Shown here: positions 37,382 through 45,408 of the stretch, one piece after another
How the letters are laid out: the number at the start of each line of letters is the position of its first letter
How positions within the stretch are numbered: position 1 is the stretch's first letter
Notes under the pieces: model-generated
What the model saw: only the letters and a program-made list of their open reading frames with translations
Database searches by the model: none
What the model was told of the DNA's origin: nothing
Program-made: the position numbers and the translations under genes
Origin: Bdellovibrionales bacterium
GTDB taxonomy: Bacteria > Bdellovibrionota > Bdellovibrionia > Bdellovibrionales > UBA1609
Direction of reading: 5' to 3'
DNA length: 46,841 nt
Assembly (NCBI GenBank): GCA_050246815.1
Contig: JBFWVI010000024.1
Location: 1-46,841 of the forward strand

Positions 37382-39277
37382 TTAGCCGGTGCGCTGCAGA
37401 CCTTTTGTCCACTGACTGATTCTGTAAAGAGCCGAATGGGGAGCGTTGCTGAACGCCACGCCGTATGCCTTTTTGGCTTCGCTCCACACCACTTTGCCCT
37501 CGACTTGAATATTCTCTTTGCCGTCGGGTGAGCTGATTTGCATTTGCACCACACCACCATTTTCGAGCATGGCTTGTGTATTGAGCTGCACACCACCCAA
37601 ACTGATGGTTGAAATCGAACCTACAAGTTCGCGGTCTCCCACCATGACTGTGACTTCACTGTTGATGCGGAAGCGCTCGTGGCGACGACGACTTTCTGGT
37701 GAGCGATGACGCAGAAATTGAGCGACAATCACGGGAGCGGCTAAAAGCGCAATCACCACTAAAACATACCAGGTTTCTGGCCCCTGCGAAGGGGGCTGAT
37801 TGTCATCGATACCACCCCTCGAATCGCGAAAAAGCTTGGTGACCAAGCCACATCCGCCGCCTGCCAGACTCGACGCCAATTCACGGTTTTGGCTGTAGGC
37901 GCCATAGTAGGCCGGTTGCGTGCTGTCGACCACCGCAGTTTGGGCATAGTTGATTGAATTGGTCACATCCAAGCGGCTGCCGCTGTAGATCTTTGTGGCC
38001 AACGAAGCCTTGGGGTCGGCCTGACTTAAAATCACTGATTTAATTTGATAGCCCAACATATTCGGCGATTCGACCTTCATTTGAATCGCCACACCGGCCA
38101 CATAAGGCGCAGCCATGCTGGTACCCGAAGAGGAACCCCAGCCACCCGGGATGGTGCTGTAAATCATCACCCCCGGCGAACCCAAGTGAACTGTATTGCG
38201 ACCATAATTCGAGAAAGACGCGAGATTGTCCTGATCATTGGTGGCAGCCACCGCGATCACGTTGGGTACGTCATAGCTGGCAGGGTACATAGGATAGCTA
38301 TCATTATTACCGGCCGCATTGCCAGCCGCCGCCGGAAACGAAATACCCGCATTGTAGGCGTAGGCGATGGCTTCATGCAAGGCACCGCTGTAGCTTGGGC
38401 CACCCCAAGAGTTGTTCATTACCACGGCACCGTTTTGCACACCATAATAGATGGCTTTAATGGCATTGGCGGTTGTTCCCACGCCATTTCCATCCAAGAA
38501 TTTCAAAGGCATAATTTGGATGCGCGAATCATGCTTATTGGCCGCTAAGATGTTTTGATCCACACTCAACACGATTCCGGCCACATGTGTACCGTGACCA
38601 TCGTCATCATACATGGTGCCGGTGTTGTCGACAAAGTTCCAGCCGTGTACATCGTCGACATAGCCATTGCCATCATCGTCGTGACCATTGCCTGCAATTT
38701 CGCCAGAATTGGTCCAAACCGAATTCGTATCCACAAACACGGGGTGATTCAAGTCAAGGCCGGTGTCGATGATCGCGATAATGGGCCGCACCGAAGCTTG
38801 TGCCGAAACGGATGCGGCCTGCAGACCACCGCTCTGGCTTTGATTGTCGTCATAAAAACTTTGCAGTCCGATATCGACGCCACCCGAAATCCACGTGGCA
38901 GATTGTCCTTGCGCCAACTGCTCGATTTCAGCTTGGGTGTAAGTGCGAATAATGCCCGTGTCATCGCTTTTACGAAAAATGTAATTGGGCTCGACGTATT
39001 CAACATCCGGATCTTGTTTTAGCTCTTGAATGGCGTTTTCAACAGTTTGTCCTTTGCGCAGACCAAAATGGTACATACCCATTTTGCCGTATGAACCTTT
39101 CAGGCTCATTTCTTTTTGGCTGTGGGCTTTGCCCATGAATACGAAAGAGCCCTGCGAACCGGCCGCAGACTTCAGTTTCACGATGACCTCGCCCGGAACG
39201 TAGTCCTGCGACCAAGCCTTCGCGGTCATCATCAGAGGCAAAATAAATATGAAAGCGACCTTATGGCCCCTCAGCAA
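37382..39277 (-). CDS. Subtilisin-like S8 serine peptidase with prodomain, TM helix and C-terminal PilZ domain
   Basis: Signal peptide; YVPGEVIVK...VEYVEPNY prodomain; IIDTG, HGTHVAG, AAGN, GTSMAAP catalytic motifs; TM WYVLVVIALLAAPVIVAQF; RRRHERF and TISLGG PilZ motifs. Confidence 0.9.
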   Translation of the reverse strand: MLRGHKVAFIFILPLMMTAKAWSQDYVPGEVIVKLKSAAGSQGSFVFMGKAHSQKEMSLKGSYGKMGMYHFGLRKGQTVENAIQELKQDPDVEYVEPNYIFRKSDDTGIIRTYTQAEIEQLAQGQSATWISGGVDIGLQSFYDDNQSQSGGLQAASVSAQASVRPIIAIIDTGLDLNHPVFVDTNSVWTNSGEIAGNGHDDDGNGYVDDVHGWNFVDNTGTMYDDDGHGTHVAGIVLSVDQNILAANKHDSRIQIMPLKFLDGNGVGTTANAIKAIYYGVQNGAVVMNNSWGGPSYSGALHEAIAYAYNAGISFPAAAGNAAGNNDSYPMYPASYDVPNVIAVAATNDQDNLASFSNYGRNTVHLGSPGVMIYSTIPGGWGSSSGTSMAAPYVAGVAIQMKVESPNMLGYQIKSVILSQADPKASLATKIYSGSRLDVTNSINYAQTAVVDSTQPAYYGAYSQNRELASSLAGGGCGLVTKLFRDSRGGIDDNQPPSQGPETWYVLVVIALLAAPVIVAQFLRHRSPESRRRHERFRINSEVTVMVGDRELVGSISTISLGGVQLNTQAMLENGGVVQMQISSPDGKENIQVEGKVVWSEAKKAYGVAFSNAPHSALYRISQWTKGLQRTG

Positions 39278-39301
39278 GCTGGACTCCCCTCGCTTCCTAT
39301 A

Positions 39302-39328
39302 TTTTCGGACTAAGGTCAGGGAAAGTGA
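39302..39328 (-). promoter_or_regulatory. Sigma-28-like promoter upstream of the S8-PilZ gene
   Basis: TCAC-N15-TCCGAAAA on the minus strand (degenerate TAAA-N15-GCCGATAA). Confidence 0.4.
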
Positions 39329-39455
39329 AGGGCGGTCAGCAAACTGGCTCGAAACAAAGCGAAAATGTCGAAAGTTTTTTCGGTTTTTGGCAACAATTGA
39401 AACTGTCTCAAAATAAGATGTTTCAATTTATTTCTGGCTTCAAAAGGTGCTGTAC

Positions 39456-39488
39456 AAAAAGAACAAGGGCCCTTTCGAGCCCCTGTTC
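39456..39488 (-). terminator. Intrinsic terminator
   Basis: GAACAGGGGCTC-GAAA-GGGCCCTTGTTC-TTTTT on the minus strand. Confidence 0.85.
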
Positions 39489-39520
39489 CTTGGTATCTTT
39501 AAACGATTGAACTTCTAAAA

Positions 39521-40141
39521 TTAAAACTTCTTTTGTACGCGCAGATAGATCGCTGAAACTGAGTGTTGATTGGGGTACTCGCCAGAGGGATTGGTCTTCC
39601 AACGGCGATAACCGCCGGCGACGCGCAGGCCATCGTCGTAAGCGCGACCGCCGCCGACAGACCAGCCGCTGCGAAAAGCCGCTTCTTTATCTTGGTTGAG
39701 CAAGTATTTTTCGCCAGCCAATTCTACGAAGTTGCGAGTTTTACCTAGAAACAACCGTGCGCGCGTCCCAACGGCCATATTAAATGGCCGACCACCGCCA
39801 TAGGCCGAAATTAAATCTGTTGCGCCGTAGACTTCACCTTCAATTACACGCCCTTCATCCTGCACACCAAGACCGACAGAAACTTGTGTCGGGATAAAAA
39901 TAGCCAAATCGCCACCATAAAACTGATAGGAATTTCGCACTAAGTAGTTGGTATAAGCTTGCGCAGACTCAAACCGTAACATGCTGCGAACACCTTGAAA
40001 TTTGGCCTGCACCACAGCCGTGTCAGCCACCACTTCGGCCGCGACAGCCTCTTGCATGGCGGGTGTCACTTTTAGACCCTCTTGGCCGAACGCCGAAGCG
40101 CAAGCCAACGACATCAAGGTCAAAAATATTCTTTGAGCCAT
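39521..40141 (-). CDS. Hypothetical exported probable outer-membrane beta-barrel protein
   Basis: Signal peptide (AFG|Q); alternating strands; ends YLRVQKKF; AAGGAG RBS. Confidence 0.7.
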   Translation of the reverse strand: MAQRIFLTLMSLACASAFGQEGLKVTPAMQEAVAAEVVADTAVVQAKFQGVRSMLRFESAQAYTNYLVRNSYQFYGGDLAIFIPTQVSVGLGVQDEGRVIEGEVYGATDLISAYGGGRPFNMAVGTRARLFLGKTRNFVELAGEKYLLNQDKEAAFRSGWSVGGGRAYDDGLRVAGGYRRWKTNPSGEYPNQHSVSAIYLRVQKKF

Positions 40142-40174
40142 TCAATACTCCTTATTTATTTTGAAATCATGGAT

Positions 40175-40191
40175 TGCAAGGCAGTTGCCAG
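40175..40191 (-). promoter_or_regulatory. Sigma-54 -24/-12 promoter
   Basis: CTGGCAACTGCCTTGCA: TGGCA...TTGCA with exact GG-N10-GC spacing, 33 nt upstream of ATG. Confidence 0.7.
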
Positions 40192-40301
40192 CCCAGTGAG
40201 AGGTCGCGACGAAAGCAGCCCTCTTTAAACAAAATTTTTTACAGGGTTGTCAGTTGGACGTACGCCTAACGAGCCCCATTCTTACGTTCTGTGGCCTTGG
40301 C

Positions 40302-41798
40302 CTAATTCATGATGACAGTGCTGTTTCGCTTGATGTCCGCCTTACCGATCGCGGATTTGGCCCAGCCACTAAAGGCGTCATAAAAGCGCCGCGAGCCCGC
40401 CATCTCACCCATCGGGTTGGCCGGACTCGCCTGATCGGTCACAAAGCTTTTAACCACCACGATGTAGTTTTGGCCCTTAGCTTTGATAATCTCCGGCAAC
40501 AAACCTTTGCGGGTCTTATTTTTCAACAGTTGTTCAAGCAAACGATCCGGATCCGCCATGTGTGGGATTTGGCTAGCATCCAAAGTAAAGGCTCCTGTTT
40601 CGCTCCAATCCAATCCCAACTCTTTGGTGAGTTTTCGCACTGAGGCTTCATCTGCCGCCGCGACTTTGTCATTTAAACCCTTGAGTGTGGACGCAATTTT
40701 GGTTTGCGCGACTTCACCTTTCGCCAGGGTCTCTTTGACTTCGTCAAAGGACTTGTTGCGAGCCGGCTTACGATCTTCGACCTTGATCAAATGGAAGCCA
40801 AAATCGCTTTTGACCGGCGCACTGATCTTGCCGACCTCAGTTCCAAATGCCGCAGTCTCGAATTCCGGCACCATACGACCTTTCGAGAAATAACCCAAGT
40901 CGCCACCCTTCACTTTGGTGGCGGTGTCATCAGAGTTTTCTTGGGCCAGCTTGGCAAAGTCACCGACCTTAACCTTTTCTGCCAAGGCTTCGATTTTTTT
41001 CTTGGCATCAGCCTCGGCCCCCGGCTTGCTGCGATCCACGCTAATCAGAATGTGGCGAGCGCGAACTTGTTCTGGTTCGGCATAAGCCATGGGGTTGTCA
41101 TTGTAGACTTTTTGAATTTTGTCGCTGTTTTCTTTGGCTGCCAACCAGGCCTTAATTTCAGCCGAAGAGACCGGAATCTTGGCTTTGAGGTCTTCTTCAT
41201 TAAAAGTGGCCACATCCAGGTTAATCTTGGTGCTTTCAACGGCCAGATCCTTGCTTTTCTCGGCTGAAGTGGCCTTTAAAGCCTCCTGAAAAAGACTTTG
41301 GACTCTGCGCATCATTAAGTCTTTGCGGATCTTGGCTTCAAACTGCCCCGCTGACCACTGGCGCTCCTTAAGAAAACGATCATAGTAGTCGCGCTTGAAG
41401 CGCCCATCCTCTTGAAAAGCTGGGATTTCCAAGATGGCATCACGTACTTCTTCATCCGCCACATGAACACCGCGTTCACTAGCTTCTTGCACCATGGCCT
41501 CAAACTGAATCAGATCTTCTAAAGCGCGTTGACGGATGGCACGAGTCATTTCTTCACGCTGATTGGCAGGTATCTGATCCATACGCATCTGATATTGCCT
41601 TTCTAAAGACTGAACACGGTCACGAAAATCTGCCAATGAAATCTGTTGGCGGTTCACAACAGCCGCCACGCCGGTCACATCTTGACCGATCTTGTTAGGC
41701 GCAACGCTTAAACCCACGAAGACGATGATGATCGCCCCGAAGATGGGGTATGCTAAGATGTTTTTCGCCCGAAAGGGTTTGCGGACTTCTTTCAACAT
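40302..41798 (-). CDS. ppiD: PpiD/SurA-family membrane-anchored periplasmic chaperone with parvulin domain (start ATG 41798)
   Basis: N-terminal TM, SurA_N region, VRARHILI, FAKLA...S.D, GGDLGYF...MVPEFE, FGFHLIKV; GGAGG RBS. Confidence 0.9.
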   Translation of the reverse strand: MLKEVRKPFRAKNILAYPIFGAIIIVFVGLSVAPNKIGQDVTGVAAVVNRQQISLADFRDRVQSLERQYQMRMDQIPANQREEMTRAIRQRALEDLIQFEAMVQEASERGVHVADEEVRDAILEIPAFQEDGRFKRDYYDRFLKERQWSAGQFEAKIRKDLMMRRVQSLFQEALKATSAEKSKDLAVESTKINLDVATFNEEDLKAKIPVSSAEIKAWLAAKENSDKIQKVYNDNPMAYAEPEQVRARHILISVDRSKPGAEADAKKKIEALAEKVKVGDFAKLAQENSDDTATKVKGGDLGYFSKGRMVPEFETAAFGTEVGKISAPVKSDFGFHLIKVEDRKPARNKSFDEVKETLAKGEVAQTKIASTLKGLNDKVAAADEASVRKLTKELGLDWSETGAFTLDASQIPHMADPDRLLEQLLKNKTRKGLLPEIIKAKGQNYIVVVKSFVTDQASPANPMGEMAGSRRFYDAFSGWAKSAIGKADIKRNSTVIMN

Positions 41799-41915
41799 AG
41801 GGCCTCCGTGTAGGGGCTGTAGCTTCCAAATTTTTAGTCTCTTTTTCAAGGAGATTCCTTGGTCAACCGCCCAGAAGTTTGTTATTTTTTTTAATGTTCC
41901 TGTCGGGAGGGGTCG

Positions 41916-42869
41916 TTGGGGTACTTCACTTTTGATCTGCGCAAGGTCTTTTTGGTCATTGCTGTGGTTGTCGTGCCGCTTATGGCAATCAACATGCAGC
42001 GCAATTCTGAAGAAGAGCTCTGGTTCACCAAACCCTTCACGTTCATGGGTGGAGCCATCCAAGGCGCCTACTCCAGCTTCAGTTCCGGGGTGCGGGGCAC
42101 CACCTCCATGTACCTGGATCTGATCAATATCAAAACCGAGAACAAAGCCCTAAAAGCTGAAATCACCGAACTTCGAGCCCAACTGGGCTCAATGACCGAA
42201 CTCAAGGTCGAAAACGAGCGCCTAACCAACCTGCTCGGCTTTAAGCAGGCCTCAAACATGGACCTACTTGCCGCCAAAGTAGTGGGCAAAGACATGATGC
42301 TCGATCACCAGACCTTGACGGTGAATCGCGGCACCTTTCATGGCGTCGCGAAAAATATGGCTGCACTCACCGTGGGTGGAGTCGTGGGCTATGTGTTTCG
42401 CGCAGACATGTACACCTCACAAATTCTACTGCTCACTGATCGCTACGCCGCCATCGACGCTCTGGTGCAGCGCTCGCGTGCCCGAGGTATCGTCGAAGGC
42501 AACTCACGTGACCGCACCACCTTGAAGTACATCAAACGGGGTGACGACGTGCAAGTGGGCGACTTGGTCGTCACCAGCGGCATGTACAACGTCTTTCCCA
42601 AAGGGTTCCCCGTTGGGGTCGTGCAAAAAATCAATAAAAGTCAATACGGCATGACCCAAGAACTGGAACTGGCCCCCTCCATCGACCCGTTGAACTTGGA
42701 AGAGTTGTTTGTGGTACTGAACGCCAACCAAGCGGATTTCACTCCCAAACCCGAGCCCGTAGCCCCAAACGAGACCGACGAAAAGGCAACGGCGAGTGCA
42801 AAAAAATCGGCCGAAAAAACAGCGGAAAAGCCCAAAACAGCAGACAAACCATCGGCTGAGGGTCCATGA
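41916..42869 (+). CDS. mreC: Rod shape-determining protein MreC
   Basis: TM, coiled-coil ENERL..LL, NRG...GV, GDLVVTSG...FPKG.PVG; TTG start with GGGAGG RBS. Confidence 0.95.
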   Translation: MGYFTFDLRKVFLVIAVVVVPLMAINMQRNSEEELWFTKPFTFMGGAIQGAYSSFSSGVRGTTSMYLDLINIKTENKALKAEITELRAQLGSMTELKVENERLTNLLGFKQASNMDLLAAKVVGKDMMLDHQTLTVNRGTFHGVAKNMAALTVGGVVGYVFRADMYTSQILLLTDRYAAIDALVQRSRARGIVEGNSRDRTTLKYIKRGDDVQVGDLVVTSGMYNVFPKGFPVGVVQKINKSQYGMTQELELAPSIDPLNLEELFVVLNANQADFTPKPEPVAPNETDEKATASAKKSAEKTAEKPKTADKPSAEGP

Positions 42870-43405
42870 AAAATATCGCCAAGGACCTGACCAATTACAT
42901 GCTTTTTACGATCGTAGCCATTTTGTTGGCCGCGCTGCAAAGTTCGCTTTGGTTGCAGCTATTCGGCTGGTTCCCGGCACCGCAAATTTGGCTGGCCGTT
43001 TTGACCTTTTGGGTGTTGTACCGTGAGCTGTGGGAAGGCGTTTTGATGATGTATATCCTGGCCACCGTTGTTTCGGCCTTTACCGCCCTGCCCTTTGCCC
43101 ATCTTTTGGTGATCAATTTACTGACCTGCCTTAGTCTGGCTTTTGCCAAGCGCCGTATCTATTGGGCCGGATCGACCTTTTTTATGCTGGCAAACGGTGC
43201 CGCCGTCTTGTGTTTGTTTGTTTTCACGATGTTGGTTTCGTGGCGCTACGACCGCAATCCGATTCGCGACCTCTCATTTTTTAGTTGGCTGATTTCAGTC
43301 TTGCTGACCATGTTGGTTAGCCTGCCTTTGCACAGCATCTTCAGTTGGTTCGACCGCTTGACCAGCAAAGAACATCCCACCGAAGCGGGCACTGGCGTGT
43401 TATGA
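42866..43405 (+). CDS. mreD: Rod shape-determining protein MreD
   Basis: Multi-TM 179-aa protein between mreC and mrdA with ATGA couplings. Confidence 0.75.
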   Translation: MKNIAKDLTNYMLFTIVAILLAALQSSLWLQLFGWFPAPQIWLAVLTFWVLYRELWEGVLMMYILATVVSAFTALPFAHLLVINLLTCLSLAFAKRRIYWAGSTFFMLANGAAVLCLFVFTMLVSWRYDRNPIRDLSFFSWLISVLLTMLVSLPLHSIFSWFDRLTSKEHPTEAGTGVL

Positions 43406-45408
43406 GTTATCACCTCTCCAGCTCAGAAGAAGAGGTTAAAGAATTTTTACCTCGCTTTCGGCTGCTGTACATTGTGGTGGGTATCGCTTGTTTTGCAATC
43501 ATCAGCCGCCTTTGGTTTTTGCAAATATATCAAGGGGAAGAGTTACGCGAATTTTCAGAAAAAAACCGCGTCAAGGAAACCAAAGTCCCAGCCCCTCGCG
43601 GCTTGATGGTGGATCGCAATGGCGAAATTTTAGTGGACAATCTTCCCGGATTTGAAGCCACCATCACTCCGCAATATGCCACCCGGCTTGAAGAAACGGC
43701 CACTGCCGCAGGCGAAATTCTGCACATCCCCGCCGCCAAAATTATCAGTGAAGTGAAAAAGGGCCGTCGCCGTGATGGCCCTTTTCGCCCCGTCAAGTTG
43801 AAGGACAACTTGTCACTTGAAGAAGTTTATCTGCTGAAACTGCTACGTTGGGATCACCCCGGCCTTAACATCAATGAAATCGTGGTGCGCCACTATCCCC
43901 TTGCCGCCAACGGCGCCCAGCTTTTTGGCTACGTGGGTGAAATCGCACGCCAACAACTGGATCGCTACAACCAAAAATTCGCCAATCGCTTTTTATTCGA
44001 GCAGGGCGACATCATCGGACTCAATGGTCTGGAATTGACCTGGGAGTCCGACTTGCGTGGCGATGACGGCCTGTGGTTCGTCGAAGTGGATGCCCGTGGC
44101 CGCGAAGCCGCTTCCGACAACCCTTTGCACTTGGGCCTTAAGCCGCGCGACGCCGTACCAGGCGAAAACTTGGTCTTAACCATCGATAAGGATGTCCAGG
44201 AGGCCGCCTACAAAGCGATGTTCCGCGACGATAAATACGGCGACCGTATCGGCGGCATCGTGGCAATGAAATCCAACGGCGAAATCCTGGCCTGGGTGAA
44301 CACACCCTCTTTTGACCCCAACGAATTCACCACAGGAATCTCTCAAGCGGTTTGGGACAAATTGAACAATGACCCCTTCAAGCCTCTTCGTAACAAGGTG
44401 ATCCAGGATCACTTCTCACCCGGCAGCACCTTCAAACCAATCGTCGCGGTAGCCGCGCTTCAGGAAAAAATCATCACACCAACTAGCTTGGTGTTTTCAC
44501 CCGCAAGTCTCAAGTTTGGTCGCCGTCTATATCATGATCACAGTAAAACTGGCTATGGACACATTACTGTGCTTGATGCTCTAGAAAGATCCAGTAACGT
44601 TTTCTTTTACAAAATGGGCATCAGCTTGGGCATCGACCGAATGGCCGGTTACGCAAAAGCGTTGGGCCTGGGTGAAAAAACAGAGGTGGAATTGCCCAAT
44701 GAAGTTTCGGGATTGATTCCGACCAGTGAATGGAAAAAGCGTTCCAAAGGCGAGGAATGGCAGCCTGGCGAAAATCTCTCCAATGCTATCGGTCAAGGTT
44801 TTGTGCTGGCCACGGCCTTACAAATGGCGGTGGCCTACAACACCATCGGCCTTGAGGGCAAAGTCGTTCGCCCAACCATCATCAAAAAAATTCTGGCCCC
44901 TGACAATCGTGTGTTAAAAGAGATGGAACCCAAAATTTTACGCGACGTCAGCTCAGAACCTTATTTGTGCGCTGAATGCTCACCGGACGGCGTCAAAATT
45001 CTGATCGACAAAAAAACTTTCCAAACGGTGAAAGAAGGTATGCGACGCGTGGCCAATGGCACTGCAGGCACCGCTCGCTGGTGGAAAGTGCCTGGCATTG
45101 AAATGGCGGGCAAAACCGGCACTAGCCAAGTGCGGTCGTTTTCGGCCGAAGAAATTTATGACAAATGTGAAAATCGTCCCATCATGCAACGCCACCATGG
45201 ATGGTTTGTGGCATTTGCCCCTGCCGACAAGCCCGAAATCACCGTGGCTGTCTTGGCCGAACACGCCTGCCACGGTAACACGGGCGGCGCACCCATCGCC
45301 CGCGATGTGGTGTTGGCCTATATGCAAAAGTACCATCCTGAAAAACTAAAAAAAGAAAAAGAAGCACCTGCCGCCAAAATTTCAGCACCAGAGGCATCTG
45401 AAGAATGA
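43402..45408 (+). CDS. mrdA: Penicillin-binding protein 2 (class B; start ATG 43402)
   Basis: PAPRG..DRNG; PGSTFK (SxxK), SSN (SxN), GKTGT motifs. Confidence 0.97.
   Translation: MSYHLSSSEEEVKEFLPRFRLLYIVVGIACFAIISRLWFLQIYQGEELREFSEKNRVKETKVPAPRGLMVDRNGEILVDNLPGFEATITPQYATRLEETATAAGEILHIPAAKIISEVKKGRRRDGPFRPVKLKDNLSLEEVYLLKLLRWDHPGLNINEIVVRHYPLAANGAQLFGYVGEIARQQLDRYNQKFANRFLFEQGDIIGLNGLELTWESDLRGDDGLWFVEVDARGREAASDNPLHLGLKPRDAVPGENLVLTIDKDVQEAAYKAMFRDDKYGDRIGGIVAMKSNGEILAWVNTPSFDPNEFTTGISQAVWDKLNNDPFKPLRNKVIQDHFSPGSTFKPIVAVAALQEKIITPTSLVFSPASLKFGRRLYHDHSKTGYGHITVLDALERSSNVFFYKMGISLGIDRMAGYAKALGLGEKTEVELPNEVSGLIPTSEWKKRSKGEEWQPGENLSNAIGQGFVLATALQMAVAYNTIGLEGKVVRPTIIKKILAPDNRVLKEMEPKILRDVSSEPYLCAECSPDGVKILIDKKTFQTVKEGMRRVANGTAGTARWWKVPGIEMAGKTGTSQVRSFSAEEIYDKCENRPIMQRHHGWFVAFAPADKPEITVAVLAEHACHGNTGGAPIARDVVLAYMQKYHPEKLKKEKEAPAAKISAPEASEE

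Noticed and set aside
37366..37394. GC-rich inverted repeat between the convergent 36849 gene and the S8-PilZ gene
   Set aside because: Short (6-bp core), overlaps a stop codon and has no U-tract; could be chance
35816..40250. Genomic island integrated at tRNA-Leu
   Set aside because: No integrase, no duplicated tRNA 3' end seen in the window, and composition looks like the host
41799..42062. 88-aa N-terminal extension of ppiD overlapping mreC (similar extensions on gmk, dut, truB, rimP, mrdA)
   Set aside because: Artefacts of longest-ORF calling; downstream ATGs have an RBS or stop-start coupling and match family N-termini
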